64,000 nt of DNA from IMG/VR virus record IMGVR_UViG_3300002026_000057; one strand, written 5' to 3'. The notes beneath the pieces were generated by a model, which saw only the letters and a program-made list of their open reading frames with translations, was not told the origin of the DNA and searched no databases. This document shows, in pieces, positions 45,362 through 53,191 of this stretch. Each line of letters opens with the position of its first letter. Within the stretch, counting starts at the first letter, position 1. The stretch comes from a virus. Its lineage: Duplodnaviria; Heunggongvirae; Uroviricota; Caudoviricetes. The translations under genes were made by a program, and so were the position numbers.

Positions 45362-45720
45362 CTTTTAAGATATCTGGAAATACAGGTTCGAATCCTGTAC
45401 CGCTCCTTCGGGGGAGGTTCGTCTAAGGGATAGGACGCCGGAGCACACGGTCTCCTTTGCTTAGGAATATCGAAGCGGCTACATCTCAATATTAGCTATA
45501 AAAGATGTAGAATGGGTGAAAGTCCCAAGGAGATCAGACTTTCGTGGTCGTGGGTTCGAGCCCCACCGCTACCGTCGGTAGTGTAAGTCTCAGTTGGTAG
45601 AGCTGCGAACCATAAATGTTATTTCTTAGGAACACCAATCACGATGGGTTCGAAACCGTAGTGAAGGTACATTAGAAAGTGTTCTAGCGGGAATAACAAT
45701 GCCTCGGATAATAATAGTAC
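45362..45720 (+). other. cluster of tRNA-like fragments: isolated T-arms, hairpins, and a 3' half (T-arm plus CGCTACC-G) directly abutting a 5' half (GGTAGTG-TA-D-arm) with mutually complementary acceptor strands
   Basis: T-arms ACAGG-TTCGAAT-CCTGT (45381-45398) and GTGGG-TTCGAGC-CCCAC (45556-45572). 3' acceptor CGCTACC at 45573-45579, then TC, then GGTAGTG plus a D-arm-like TCTC-AGTTGGTA-GAGC. GCGAA at 45613 can pair with TTCGT at 45547. Confidence 0.3.
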
Positions 45721-45736
45721 TTAAAAATTCCGGGGT

Positions 45737-45810
45737 CGCGATGTAGCTCAGTTTGGTTAGAGCGCCGCTGCACAAGGCGGAGGTCAGAGGTTCGAATCCT
45801 CTCATCGCAA
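45737..45810 (+). tRNA. tRNA-like with C1.A72 mismatch (initiator-like) and a non-7-nt anticodon loop (CCGC-TGCACAAG-GCGG)
   Basis: Acceptor CGCGATG/CATCGCA, D-arm GCTC-AGTTTGGTTA-GAGC, T-arm AGAGG-TTCGAAT-CCTCT, discriminator A. Anticodon loop is 8 nt (or 6 with a U.G pair). Confidence 0.4.
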
Positions 45811-45815
45811 CTATA

Positions 45816-45900
45816 TGCGAGGTCGACTGGAGTTGGTTCCAGCGGGGGCTCATAACCCCTAACCCTTACGGGAACACAGGTTCGAATCCTGTCCTCGCTA
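45816..45900 (+). tRNA. tRNA with anticodon CAT and a 15-nt variable hairpin (CCC-TTAC-GGG)
   Basis: Anticodon stem GGGGG/CCCCT, loop CTCATAA, D-arm CTGG-AGTTGGTT-CCAG, T-arm ACAGG-TTCGAAT-CCTGT, acceptor GCGAGG/CCTCGC. Confidence 0.5.
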
Positions 45901-45922
45901 CTAATATTTTTTTTAAAATACA

Positions 45923-46009
45923 TGCGGGGTGGTGTAATTGGTTAACACGCTGGGCTCATAACCCAGAGACATCTAATGCTTCGTGTCAGTTCGAATCTGA
46001 CCCCCGCTA
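45923..46009 (+). tRNA. tRNA with anticodon CAT and an 18-nt variable-region insertion; U1.U72 mismatch
   Basis: Acceptor TGCGGGG/CCCCGCT, D-arm GTGT-AATTGGTTA-ACAC, anticodon stem CTGGG/CCCAG, loop CTCATAA, T-arm GTCAG-TTCGAAT-CTGAC. Confidence 0.5.
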
Positions 46010-46014
46010 CAATT

Positions 46015-46087
46015 GCCTATTTAGCTCAGTTGGTGGAGCGTATCCTTGGTATGGATAAGGTCATGGGTTCGAATCCCGTACTAGGCT
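46015..46087 (+). tRNA. tRNA-Thr (GGT)
   Basis: Acceptor GCCTATT/ACTAGGC, D-arm GCTC-AGTTGGTG-GAGC, anticodon stem TATCC/GGATA, loop TTGGTAT, T-arm ATGGG-TTCGAAT-CCCGT. Confidence 0.65.
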
Positions 46088-46131
46088 CATTCTCGTTTTT
46101 CATATATTTATGGATATAAAAAATTAAAACT

Positions 46132-46374
46132 ATGTTCAAAAAATTATGGGAAAATATTAAGGCATGGTGGATTAAAACCGCCGAACCTTGGTTAAAGAAA
46201 AGTTGGATGCAAATTGTAAATATCATTGTAATGTTCATTGCATATGGTACAACCGATTCACTTCCATGGGTACAAGCAATTGTAGGATTGTGGTTGTTCC
46301 TTCTTTTGGGATATTATATTTTCTGGAAACTCTTTGGAGCGGAAAAAATGTTCAAAAAGGATATCACAACGTAA
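46132..46374 (+). CDS. small 2-TM membrane protein (80 aa) inside the tRNA array
   Basis: Trp-rich hydrophobic helices. Followed by a strong terminator. Confidence 0.45.
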   Translation: MFKKLWENIKAWWIKTAEPWLKKSWMQIVNIIVMFIAYGTTDSLPWVQAIVGLWLFLLLGYYIFWKLFGAEKMFKKDITT

Positions 46375-46398
46375 AACAATTATTTTTACAGTATGGGT

Positions 46399-46430
46399 AA
46401 ACCCCAATTATACTGTAATTGGGGTTTTTT
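46399..46430 (+). terminator. rho-independent terminator ACCCCAATTA-TACTG-TAATTGGGGT plus T6
   Basis: 10-bp stem plus T-run right after the 46132..46374 ORF. Confidence 0.7.
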
Positions 46431-46433
46431 ATT

Positions 46434-46518
46434 GCCGATGTGGCATCAGCGGTCGACTGCGCCTGACTTGTAATCAGGATCTTAAACGGCAACGGGGGTT
46501 CGAATCCCTCCATCGGCT
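46434..46518 (+). tRNA. tRNA-Thr (TGT) with ~15-nt variable-region expansion
   Basis: Acceptor GCCGATG/CATCGGC, 3-bp D-stem, anticodon stem CCTGA/TCAGG, loop CTTGTAA, T-arm GGGGG-TTCGAAT-CCCTC, discriminator T. Confidence 0.5.
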
Positions 46519-46592
46519 CCATCCCTTCGGGGATCCCCGGCTTTTGGTGCTGGTAACACCTTGTAACCGATAACAATTAAAAACTACCAAAT

Positions 46593-46667
46593 GCGATAGT
46601 AGCTCAGTTGGTTCAGAGCGGGACCTTGCCAAGGTCCAGGTCGTGGGTTCGAGCCCCATTTATCGCT
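46593..46667 (+). tRNA. tRNA-Gly (GCC)
   Basis: Acceptor GCGATAG/TTATCGC, D-arm GCTC-AGTTGGTTCA-GAGC, anticodon stem GGACC/GGTCC, loop TTGCCAA, T-loop TTCGAGC, discriminator T. Confidence 0.7.
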
Positions 46668-46672
46668 CAATT

Positions 46673-46745
46673 GCGAAAGTAGCTCATTTGGTAGAGCATC
46701 AGCCTTCCAAGCTGAGGGTGGCGAGTTCAAGCCTCGTCTTTCGCT
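46673..46745 (+). tRNA. tRNA-Gly (TCC), canonical
   Basis: Acceptor GCGAAAG/CTTTCGC, D-arm GCTC-ATTTGGTA-GAGC, anticodon stem TCAGC/GCTGA, loop CTTCCAA, T-arm GCGAG-TTCAAGC-CTCGT. Confidence 0.7.
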
Positions 46746-46974
46746 CCAAGTATTCTTCATAACTCAGAGGATTCATCGCGCCAGAAATGGTGAGGAACTT
46801 CAGGACATCACTGCCAAATGCGGGAGGGTTAAAACCCGTTATCACCGCAGAGGATGCAACCCAAAAAAGCTTAGACGGCAAGCAGGTCTATAATAGTAAG
46901 GTTGGGGCTTAGACAAATGATGAAACAAAACAGAAACCTGGGTACGCTCAAGTTATGATTTATTTTGATTAATA

Positions 46975-47048
46975 GGATCATTAGCTTAATTGGTAAAAGC
47001 AGAACACTCATAATGTTAAGAGTAACGGTTCGATCCCGTTATGATCCA
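46975..47048 (+). tRNA. tRNA with anticodon CAT (Met/Ile2), canonical length
   Basis: Acceptor GGATCAT/ATGATCC, D-arm GCTT-AATTGGTA-AAGC, anticodon stem GAACA/TGTTA, loop CTCATAA, T-arm AACGG-TTCGATC-CCGTT, discriminator A. Confidence 0.6.
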
Positions 47049-47478
47049 CAAATAAATAATATTTAATATTGTAATAAAGGTCTTGGATCCTTCAAAGATA
47101 ATATTGAATATCTCACGAATGCTATAAAATATTTAAAATAAAAATATCTCATACAACCATATCCCGAAACTATTTATATATGTAGTTTCATAAAATTCTA
47201 AATTAATAAAAATGAAAGATTGTGAACCGTATAAACAGAAACAAAACAGCAACATTGTTCCTTTTCTTAGGAACATTTTTCAATCCTTTAGGATACGATG
47301 CTCTCCTAAAATTCTTAATCGATACGACAGGCAGTTATTGGTTTTCAATTTCCATTTTCTACCTATTGTCAGTAGTTTGCTTTATCTCTTACTTTGTTTT
47401 AGCTAAAGTAAACCCATTAAAACTCTTTACAAGAAAAAGAGATTTATCTTAGGATATTAATTTCTTTTTCTTTATATT

Positions 47479-47553
47479 TGCACCCGTAGCTTAATTGGAT
47501 AAGCATCACTCTTCTAAAGTGAAGTCATATGAGTTCGAGCCTCATGGGGTGTT
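47479..47553 (+). tRNA. tRNA-Arg (TCT)
   Basis: Acceptor GCACCCG/GGGGTGT (one mismatch), D-arm GCTT-AATTGGATA-AGC, anticodon stem TCACT/AGTGA, loop CTTCTAA, T-arm ATGAG-TTCGAGC-CTCAT. Confidence 0.55.
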
Positions 47554-47566
47554 CTAATTAATTGAT

Positions 47567-47710
47567 ATGTCTACAACTATATGTCCAAAATGTAAACAAC
47601 CACTTATTACAATAGATAAAGATTACGTTATTTGTTGTGATGAGGTAATATACGTGATAAATGATATTCACAATTCAAAAAATGAATCACGTCTTGAAAT
47701 ATCAAGATGA
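47567..47710 (+). CDS. small zinc-ribbon ORF (47 aa, MSTTICPKCKQPLITIDKDYVICCDE...)
   Basis: Hand-translated. CPKC...CC cluster. Below the ORF-track cutoff. Confidence 0.25.
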   Translation: MSTTICPKCKQPLITIDKDYVICCDEVIYVINDIHNSKNESRLEISR

Positions 47711-47849
47711 AAATAATAAATGGATTTCAGTAAATGGATATGCATTTATTGATAATTGGGGACATTGTATAATAATTGTTTATGGCGAAGGTCGTAGAGA
47801 TGCACTTAATCAACATTTAATAAAAACGCTCCCATATTTCAACGGATAG
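47661..47849 (+). CDS. hypothetical protein (62 aa); partly overlaps the zinc-ribbon ORF, so the true start is uncertain
   Basis: ORF track. Its C-terminal codons (…YFNG*) coincide with repeat copy 1 of the tRNA-3'-like element. Confidence 0.3.
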   Translation: MIFTIQKMNHVLKYQDENNKWISVNGYAFIDNWGHCIIIVYGEGRRDALNQHLIKTLPYFNG

Positions 47850-47893
47850 AATTAGAATTTCCTAAATTTTAGATACAGGTTCGATTCCTGTTG
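47830..47893 (+). repeat. tRNA-3'-half-like repeat, copy 1 (TTCAACGGATAGAA...TTTTAGATACAGGTTCGATTCCTGTTGGGAG)
   Basis: T-arm-like ACAGG-TTCGATT-CCTGT with no matching 5' half. ~80% identical to the 48308-48365 copy. The two copies flank the GNAT gene. Confidence 0.5.
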
Positions 47894-47913
47894 GGAGTAC
47901 AAAAAATATTAGT

Positions 47914-48294
47914 ATGGTAAGAATTTTAAATAAAAAAGACAACAAGCAATTAAGTGAATTAATAAAAATTGCACTTTTTGAAAACGTTTTTATTGTAAAA
48001 AAGAAAAATCATCATTTTTTTGGCTATTTTATCGATGATAAATTAGTTGGTGTTGTTGGATATTTTACAATGAAAAAATATAAAACCATTGGTTTTATTA
48101 ACGCATTTGTTTTACCTGAATACAGAAAATCTGGTATTTATAAAAAACTTACTGAAGAAAGGTTTAATTTTTGTGTTGAAAATTATAAAGGATTTAAAAT
48201 TTTTATATCCGTAAATAGTAAAAGTAGACCACAAATAGAAAAATTAGGTTTTAAATTAATTGAAGAACAATATAGAATGTGTTTAAGTATTTAA
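47914..48294 (+). CDS. GNAT-family N-acetyltransferase
   Basis: Motif A region VGVVGYF...INAFVLPEYRKSGIYKKL. 126 aa. Confidence 0.6.
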   Translation: MVRILNKKDNKQLSELIKIALFENVFIVKKKNHHFFGYFIDDKLVGVVGYFTMKKYKTIGFINAFVLPEYRKSGIYKKLTEERFNFCVENYKGFKIFISVNSKSRPQIEKLGFKLIEEQYRMCLSI

Positions 48295-48307
48295 TAATAC
48301 CCTTGTA

Positions 48308-48365
48308 ATTCAACGGATAGAAAGTTTTAGATAGAGGTTCGATTACTGTTGGGTGCTGAAGTAGA
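48308..48365 (+). repeat. tRNA-3'-half-like repeat, copy 2 (TTCAACGGATAGAAAGTTTTAGATAGAGGTTCGATTACTGTTGGGTG)
   Basis: Shares ATTCAACGGATAGAA and TTTTAGATA.AGGTTCGATT.CTGTTGGG with copy 1. Confidence 0.5.
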
Positions 48366-48376
48366 ATAATACCAAT

Positions 48377-49126
48377 ATGAAATATAAAACAATTGTTATT
48401 TCCGATGTCCATCTTGGAAGAAAAGATTCTAAAGTGGATGAAGTTGTGGATTTTCTTAAAACAAATTCTTGTGATAATCTTTTCTTAAATGGTGACATCA
48501 TTGACGGATGGCATCTTCAGCGTGGAGGTAAATGGACCAAAACGCATACAAAGTTCATTAAGAAAATAATGAAACTGGTTTCACACAATAAAACAAAAGT
48601 AGTATACATTAGGGGTAATCATGATGATTTTCTTGAAAATATTATGCCGTTTTCAATTGGCGATAATTTTGAGATAAAAACTGATTACGTTTACAATAGT
48701 TTGGGTAAGAAATTTTTAATACTACATGGTGATATTTTTGATGACATAACATCGAAAATCACTTGGTTATCAAAATTAGGCGATGTTGGGTATGAAGTTT
48801 TATTGTGGATTAATAGGAGGAACAATAATAAAAGATTAAAAAGGGGATTACCTTATAAATCTTTTTCTCAGGACATTAAAAAAAAGGTGAAATTTCTTGT
48901 TAGCTTCCTGTCAAAATTTGAAGAGAAAGCCGTCAAATTCGCTGAACATAAAAAATGTGATGGAGTTATTTGTGGACACATACACACCCCGGAAAACAAA
49001 ATAATAAATGGAATGATTTATATGAATTCCGGAGATTGGGTTGAAACCAAAAGTGCTTTGGTTGAGGATTTTGATGGTAATTGGGAAATTATTTATTCAG
49101 AAGATAAAATCATTAAACAATCATAA
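48377..49126 (+). CDS. calcineurin-like metallophosphoesterase
   Basis: Motifs ISDVHLG, GDIIDGWH, GNHDDF, LHGDIFD and GHIHTP. Confidence 0.7.
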   Translation: MKYKTIVISDVHLGRKDSKVDEVVDFLKTNSCDNLFLNGDIIDGWHLQRGGKWTKTHTKFIKKIMKLVSHNKTKVVYIRGNHDDFLENIMPFSIGDNFEIKTDYVYNSLGKKFLILHGDIFDDITSKITWLSKLGDVGYEVLLWINRRNNNKRLKRGLPYKSFSQDIKKKVKFLVSFLSKFEEKAVKFAEHKKCDGVICGHIHTPENKIINGMIYMNSGDWVETKSALVEDFDGNWEIIYSEDKIIKQS

Positions 49127-49127
49127 T

Positions 49128-49364
49128 ATGAAAACAAAAATTTTAAAGAAAATCAATGACAGAATCAGAATCATTCCAAAAAATGAAATGTTTGCTGTTG
49201 AACATCGTTTATTAGGTAGTCATGAATGGAAAGAACTTAATCTTTTCTCAACAATTTCTGCTGCAATTAACAAAAAGAACAGTTATATTGTTATGGTAAT
49301 TATGAGAGATTTAGGGTATCGAAATGAATTTGTTAAAAGAAGAATTAAAAGAAACAACAAATAG
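49128..49364 (+). CDS. small basic protein (78 aa, MKTKILKKINDRIRIIPKNEM...); start moved to the ATG right after the phosphoesterase stop
   Basis: The ORF-track version (49041..) overlaps the upstream gene. The internal ATG at 49128 gives a TAA-T-ATG junction. Confidence 0.4.
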   Translation: MKTKILKKINDRIRIIPKNEMFAVEHRLLGSHEWKELNLFSTISAAINKKNSYIVMVIMRDLGYRNEFVKRRIKRNNK

Positions 49365-49445
49365 ATGGCATCAACCACAAGAAATACTTGTCATTACACA
49401 ATGAAAATAGGTAAAAAAATTATCCATCGTAATTGTTGTGAGGCA

Positions 49446-49476
49446 AAAATAAACCCCCCGAAATCGGGGGGCTAAA
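49446..49476 (-). terminator. hairpin CCCCCCG-AAAT-CGGGGGG between the plus-strand block end and the convergent minus-strand genes
   Basis: 7-bp GC stem. The A-rich plus-strand flank becomes a T-run on the minus strand. Confidence 0.55.
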
Positions 49477-49588
49477 TAAGTAAATTACGTTTACCATTCG
49501 GCTATTAGTTAACATTTGGAATGCTAAACCAATTTATAATAGGTAATTCAAAATAGCCTTCATCTATAAATATTTCCTTATAGACGAA

Positions 49589-49870
49589 TCACTCATATTT
49601 CTTAGCAATTTCTTCAATAATATCACCATCAGTTTTACTGATTGAATACCAAACAGATTTTAGTTTTTTAAGAGATTTAAAATACTTCATTTGTCCAAAA
49701 CTCCTTGGACGAATGTTTTCTCCTCCATTCATAAAATCATCTTCATCGATATCGAATTGTTCAAAAATTAAAGACTTCAGTTCTTCAAATTCCATATCAC
49801 TACAATTTGCAACAAATTTATTAGGTGAAATGTTAATAGTAATATCCCCATTAGATGTAAAACGTGCCAT
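49589..49870 (-). CDS. hypothetical protein (93 aa)
   Basis: ORF. Confidence 0.4.
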   Translation of the reverse strand: MARFTSNGDITINISPNKFVANCSDMEFEELKSLIFEQFDIDEDDFMNGGENIRPRSFGQMKYFKSLKKLKSVWYSISKTDGDIIEEIAKKYE

Positions 49871-49882
49871 AATTTATATATT

Positions 49883-50548
49883 TTAATAAAATTTTCTTAA
49901 AACCGAAACAACATCATAAGCGTCTTCAAGGGCATCATGGGTAACATTTCCACTGATGCCAGCCCGGGACTTACAAATGTTTAGTGATGGTAATTCTTCA
50001 TCAGTTTTCCAATCAAGGAATAACATTGCCGGATCCATTATTCTCTGTTTGGCGATGATGAGTTTTTGCCACCATGGAAGTTTCTTCAAGAAAACATTAT
50101 CAAATGTTCCGAAGTTTTTACCGGCAACATTAATTAAAATCGGCTTAGTTTTACCGTTGATTAACGGATATGTTACACCATCAATCACTCTGATTGTTTT
50201 ATCCATTTGGTCAATAAGACTATATCCTGGACCGTTTTTCCATAAAAAATCGAAAAATGCTGATGCAACCTCATCCTCATCATAGAAATCTATAATTTGT
50301 GATAGCTCAGCACGTTTATCTTTATCACCATCAAGATATTCACCCATTAATCGAACGATTTTTTCATTCATGGTTAGTGCTCTTGGAGACCCAGAAATTT
50401 GTCTCTGAAGAATAATTGCGTGAAATTTTGGAATCTCGGAGAATGATAATTTTTTCGTGGTGTCTTCGATGACCGCCCCGATAGATAATACTTGGTTGTT
50501 TTCAGGATCTAATCCCGAAGTTTCAATGTCAATTGATACGTATTTCAT
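49883..50548 (-). CDS. DEDDh 3'-5' exonuclease (DnaQ/epsilon-like)
   Basis: Exo I VSIDIETSGLDP, Exo III HDALEDAYDV. Confidence 0.7.
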   Translation of the reverse strand: MKYVSIDIETSGLDPENNQVLSIGAVIEDTTKKLSFSEIPKFHAIILQRQISGSPRALTMNEKIVRLMGEYLDGDKDKRAELSQIIDFYDEDEVASAFFDFLWKNGPGYSLIDQMDKTIRVIDGVTYPLINGKTKPILINVAGKNFGTFDNVFLKKLPWWQKLIIAKQRIMDPAMLFLDWKTDEELPSLNICKSRAGISGNVTHDALEDAYDVVSVLRKFY

Positions 50549-50556
50549 TTTTAAAT

Positions 50557-50892
50557 TTATTTTTCTAACATTATTGTCTTATCTGGAGTTGTTATGGTTA
50601 CTCTATTCTGATCCAATCCATACATAAGAACTTTAGCAAGTCCTAACGCCCTGTCATATATCTCCTCCTGAGTTCTAGGAAACCTAGGATAATTAATATA
50701 ACCCACAATAACACCGGGTTCGTTTCCATCTACATAACGGAATTCAGTTGGGGTAATAGTTACACAGTCTTTTATTTCATTTACATATTGATCACAAAGT
50801 TCTCTAACCTGGTCCATAGTGTGAAAATTCTCAGAATATCCGACACGTAGTCCAACCCATATTTGTATGTTAAAAGATTCTGTTATTTTCAT
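50557..50892 (-). CDS. hypothetical protein (111 aa)
   Basis: ORF adjacent to the PP-loop ATPase gene. Confidence 0.45.
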   Translation of the reverse strand: MKITESFNIQIWVGLRVGYSENFHTMDQVRELCDQYVNEIKDCVTITPTEFRYVDGNEPGVIVGYINYPRFPRTQEEIYDRALGLAKVLMYGLDQNRVTITTPDKTIMLEK

Positions 50893-50894
50893 TT

Positions 50895-51797
50895 TTATTC
50901 ACCGTAATTATCACGGGCAAACGTATTCATTGCACTACTATCATCAAAATTTATCTCAGATTCGGTTTTACTTCTCTCATTCAAATCGTTAACTCCACAA
51001 AACCCATTACATTCAAATAACGGTTCAACTTTACACTCTGGCATGTCATCAATGGATTTTAGTTCGGGGTAATCAGGATGTTTCCTTAAAAAGAGAAGCT
51101 CGTTTCCCGACTCTTTAGCCGCTTTACTTTGATCCCTCAACATACATACGGGTTTACCTTTCGCATTGGTTAGTTCATGCTCCATATCCGCCATAGCCTC
51201 AAATTTCTCCGGGAAATCCCTTCTCATTTTCTGCCAATAACCAACACCACCCTGAACACATCCCGTTTGGAAACAATTGTTGTTTCTAAAACCTAGACGA
51301 TACATAAGTGGAACTGTTATTCCAGCATCCTCAACTATTTTTATACAATCATCCTTATCATATCCCATCATTAATAGAGGGTAGATAGGTTTTGCTTGCG
51401 AATGGTTTTTGGTTAACGATAATGCTCGATTAAATTCTTTCTTGTCGAATTCAAACCCGAAAACTTGATATTCGTACTCGGTTTCTTTTTGCCATCTTTC
51501 TCTAACCCGACGTTTTAACTGAGTTGAACAAATAGCCCCAGTGGCCACATTAAGTGATACGTGTTTTCTCCAAACGTGTTGAATACTATCATATTCCTTA
51601 CCTATTGCGGTAATGGTCTCAATTGGCGTCCCATACCACTTTTCACACTCATCTTTGAATCGGTAAGTATCAGGATGTTCATTGTGGGTATCAATCATAA
51701 CAACCCTGCAATTTTCAACACCGTATATGTCTATTGCTACTTTACAAGCTGTGGCTGATGTTATACCGCCACTCCACCAGCAAATAATTTTCTTCAT
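50895..51797 (-). CDS. PP-loop ATPase (PAPS-reductase/QueC-like superfamily)
   Basis: N-terminal CWWSGGITSATA is an SGGxxS PP-loop. Confidence 0.6.
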   Translation of the reverse strand: MKKIICWWSGGITSATACKVAIDIYGVENCRVVMIDTHNEHPDTYRFKDECEKWYGTPIETITAIGKEYDSIQHVWRKHVSLNVATGAICSTQLKRRVRERWQKETEYEYQVFGFEFDKKEFNRALSLTKNHSQAKPIYPLLMMGYDKDDCIKIVEDAGITVPLMYRLGFRNNNCFQTGCVQGGVGYWQKMRRDFPEKFEAMADMEHELTNAKGKPVCMLRDQSKAAKESGNELLFLRKHPDYPELKSIDDMPECKVEPLFECNGFCGVNDLNERSKTESEINFDDSSAMNTFARDNYGE

Positions 51798-51820
51798 ATT
51801 AAAATATAAAGAAAATTTTT

Positions 51821-52501
51821 TTAAATACCAAATTTACATTTATCAAAATGAAATCTACTTGCAATATGTACAGGTATATTTTTACCACATATTGGGCAAT
51901 CAACTCTATTTGCTTTCTTTCCATACATCGGATTTTTGTCACCTAGTTTAGCTTTAGAAATGTTTTCCACATGTAATTTATTTTTTTTCTTCCCTTCAAG
52001 TGTATGAGAAATTGACAATCTTCTATTTTTTTCATTAGTTTCGTTTATATTCCTATTCTTTGCGGAACAACTCATGTGAGATTTAGATAATTCTGAGTGT
52101 TTTCTACCTAGCCAAAATGGTTTTAATGTTCCATTTTTAACTAGATCATCATCTTTTCTTACTCGATATTTTTTACCATTATCATCGATATATAAACCTA
52201 ATTCTATGGTATTGTATCCGACGCCTGGAATGTGATAATTTCTATTAAGGGTATCCCCTTTGTCCCTAATTATTAGTTCTCTCTCATACCTAATACAATC
52301 TTCTCTTGAAGAGAAATCAAGTTGTAAAATTGATTTCTTTAATTTTGATTTATCAGGTTTCCAAGTTCTCATAGAACCCATATAACAATCTAAAGACGGA
52401 TGATTATTACAGGATCTACTCCCATAATAAAATTCACCCGTCTCAATGTGATCTAATCTGTAAGTGTAGTGGTACATATGTATTTTATACATAAATACCA
52501 C
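51821..52501 (-). CDS. GIY-YIG homing endonuclease with C-terminal zinc-finger/NUMOD-like region
   Basis: YHYTYRL...GEFYYGSRS (GIY...YIG), catalytic R and E in RYERELI, C-terminal CPICGKN...C. Confidence 0.7.
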   Translation of the reverse strand: MVFMYKIHMYHYTYRLDHIETGEFYYGSRSCNNHPSLDCYMGSMRTWKPDKSKLKKSILQLDFSSREDCIRYERELIIRDKGDTLNRNYHIPGVGYNTIELGLYIDDNGKKYRVRKDDDLVKNGTLKPFWLGRKHSELSKSHMSCSAKNRNINETNEKNRRLSISHTLEGKKKNKLHVENISKAKLGDKNPMYGKKANRVDCPICGKNIPVHIASRFHFDKCKFGI

Positions 52502-52522
52502 GGAATGTTCAAAAAGATAATT

Positions 52523-53191
52523 TTAAGGACAATAAAGTAAACTTGGATTATCTTTATGGATATCAATACCCGGAAATTTGTCCTTGAACTTCTTCAGATT
52601 GAAAGGTCGAGTTATGATATGCATCCCATTTTTAGTAGGAAGAAAAACCATCATAGGTTCTTTTTTTGTTTCATGTTGTAGCCCAAGTATCTCATACTGA
52701 ATTTCAGCATACATATATTTTCCTTCCAAATTTTCGGGAGTTTTAATGTCAACCCAATCAATATCAACAATCCATTTTTTATCTTTGTCATTATGATATT
52801 GACCACAAACGGAATCGAATGAGCCTTTAAGAGATTTAACCATACCGCTACTAACAACCTCAACAACTCTTTTGAGCATATGAAATGAAAGGTGTTTATA
52901 GTTCCTTTTATTTAATCGTAAATACGCACGTGCATTTTCAGCATCACACAAACTAATGATATGAGGCGTAAGGTTATTATATTGTTCAAAAGACTCTATG
53001 TGATAGTTTACAATAACAACCATATCTCTTTTAAGATCTGGGTTATCTTTCCTACGTTTTAGAATCTGAAGAAAGTAAAAATCGAACTCATCTTCAAATG
53101 AGATGAGTTCTCTTATTCTATCTATATTATTTACCATAAACTTTTCTGTATGTTGTGAATAAAGATTTAATGTTTCTTGCACCCACCCCAT
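52523..53191 (-). CDS. hypothetical protein (222 aa)
   Basis: ORF. Confidence 0.5.
   Translation of the reverse strand: MGWVQETLNLYSQHTEKFMVNNIDRIRELISFEDEFDFYFLQILKRRKDNPDLKRDMVVIVNYHIESFEQYNNLTPHIISLCDAENARAYLRLNKRNYKHLSFHMLKRVVEVVSSGMVKSLKGSFDSVCGQYHNDKDKKWIVDIDWVDIKTPENLEGKYMYAEIQYEILGLQHETKKEPMMVFLPTKNGMHIITRPFNLKKFKDKFPGIDIHKDNPSLLYCP

Noticed and set aside
42310-46659. Numerous 60-140-aa ORFs on both strands overlapping the tRNA array (e.g. 42310..42594 +, 42783..43058 -, 42900..43091 +, 43866..44192 -, 44694..45134 -, 45753..46058 +, 46334..46659 both strands)
   Set aside because: They run through or antisense to well-formed tRNA genes and have GC-rich, low-complexity translations. 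Almost certainly reading-frame artefacts of structured RNA genes.
47471-47479. TATATTTG (-7-like) motif immediately before tRNA-Arg
   Set aside because: Transcription from it would start inside the tRNA. Likely a chance match in AT-rich DNA.
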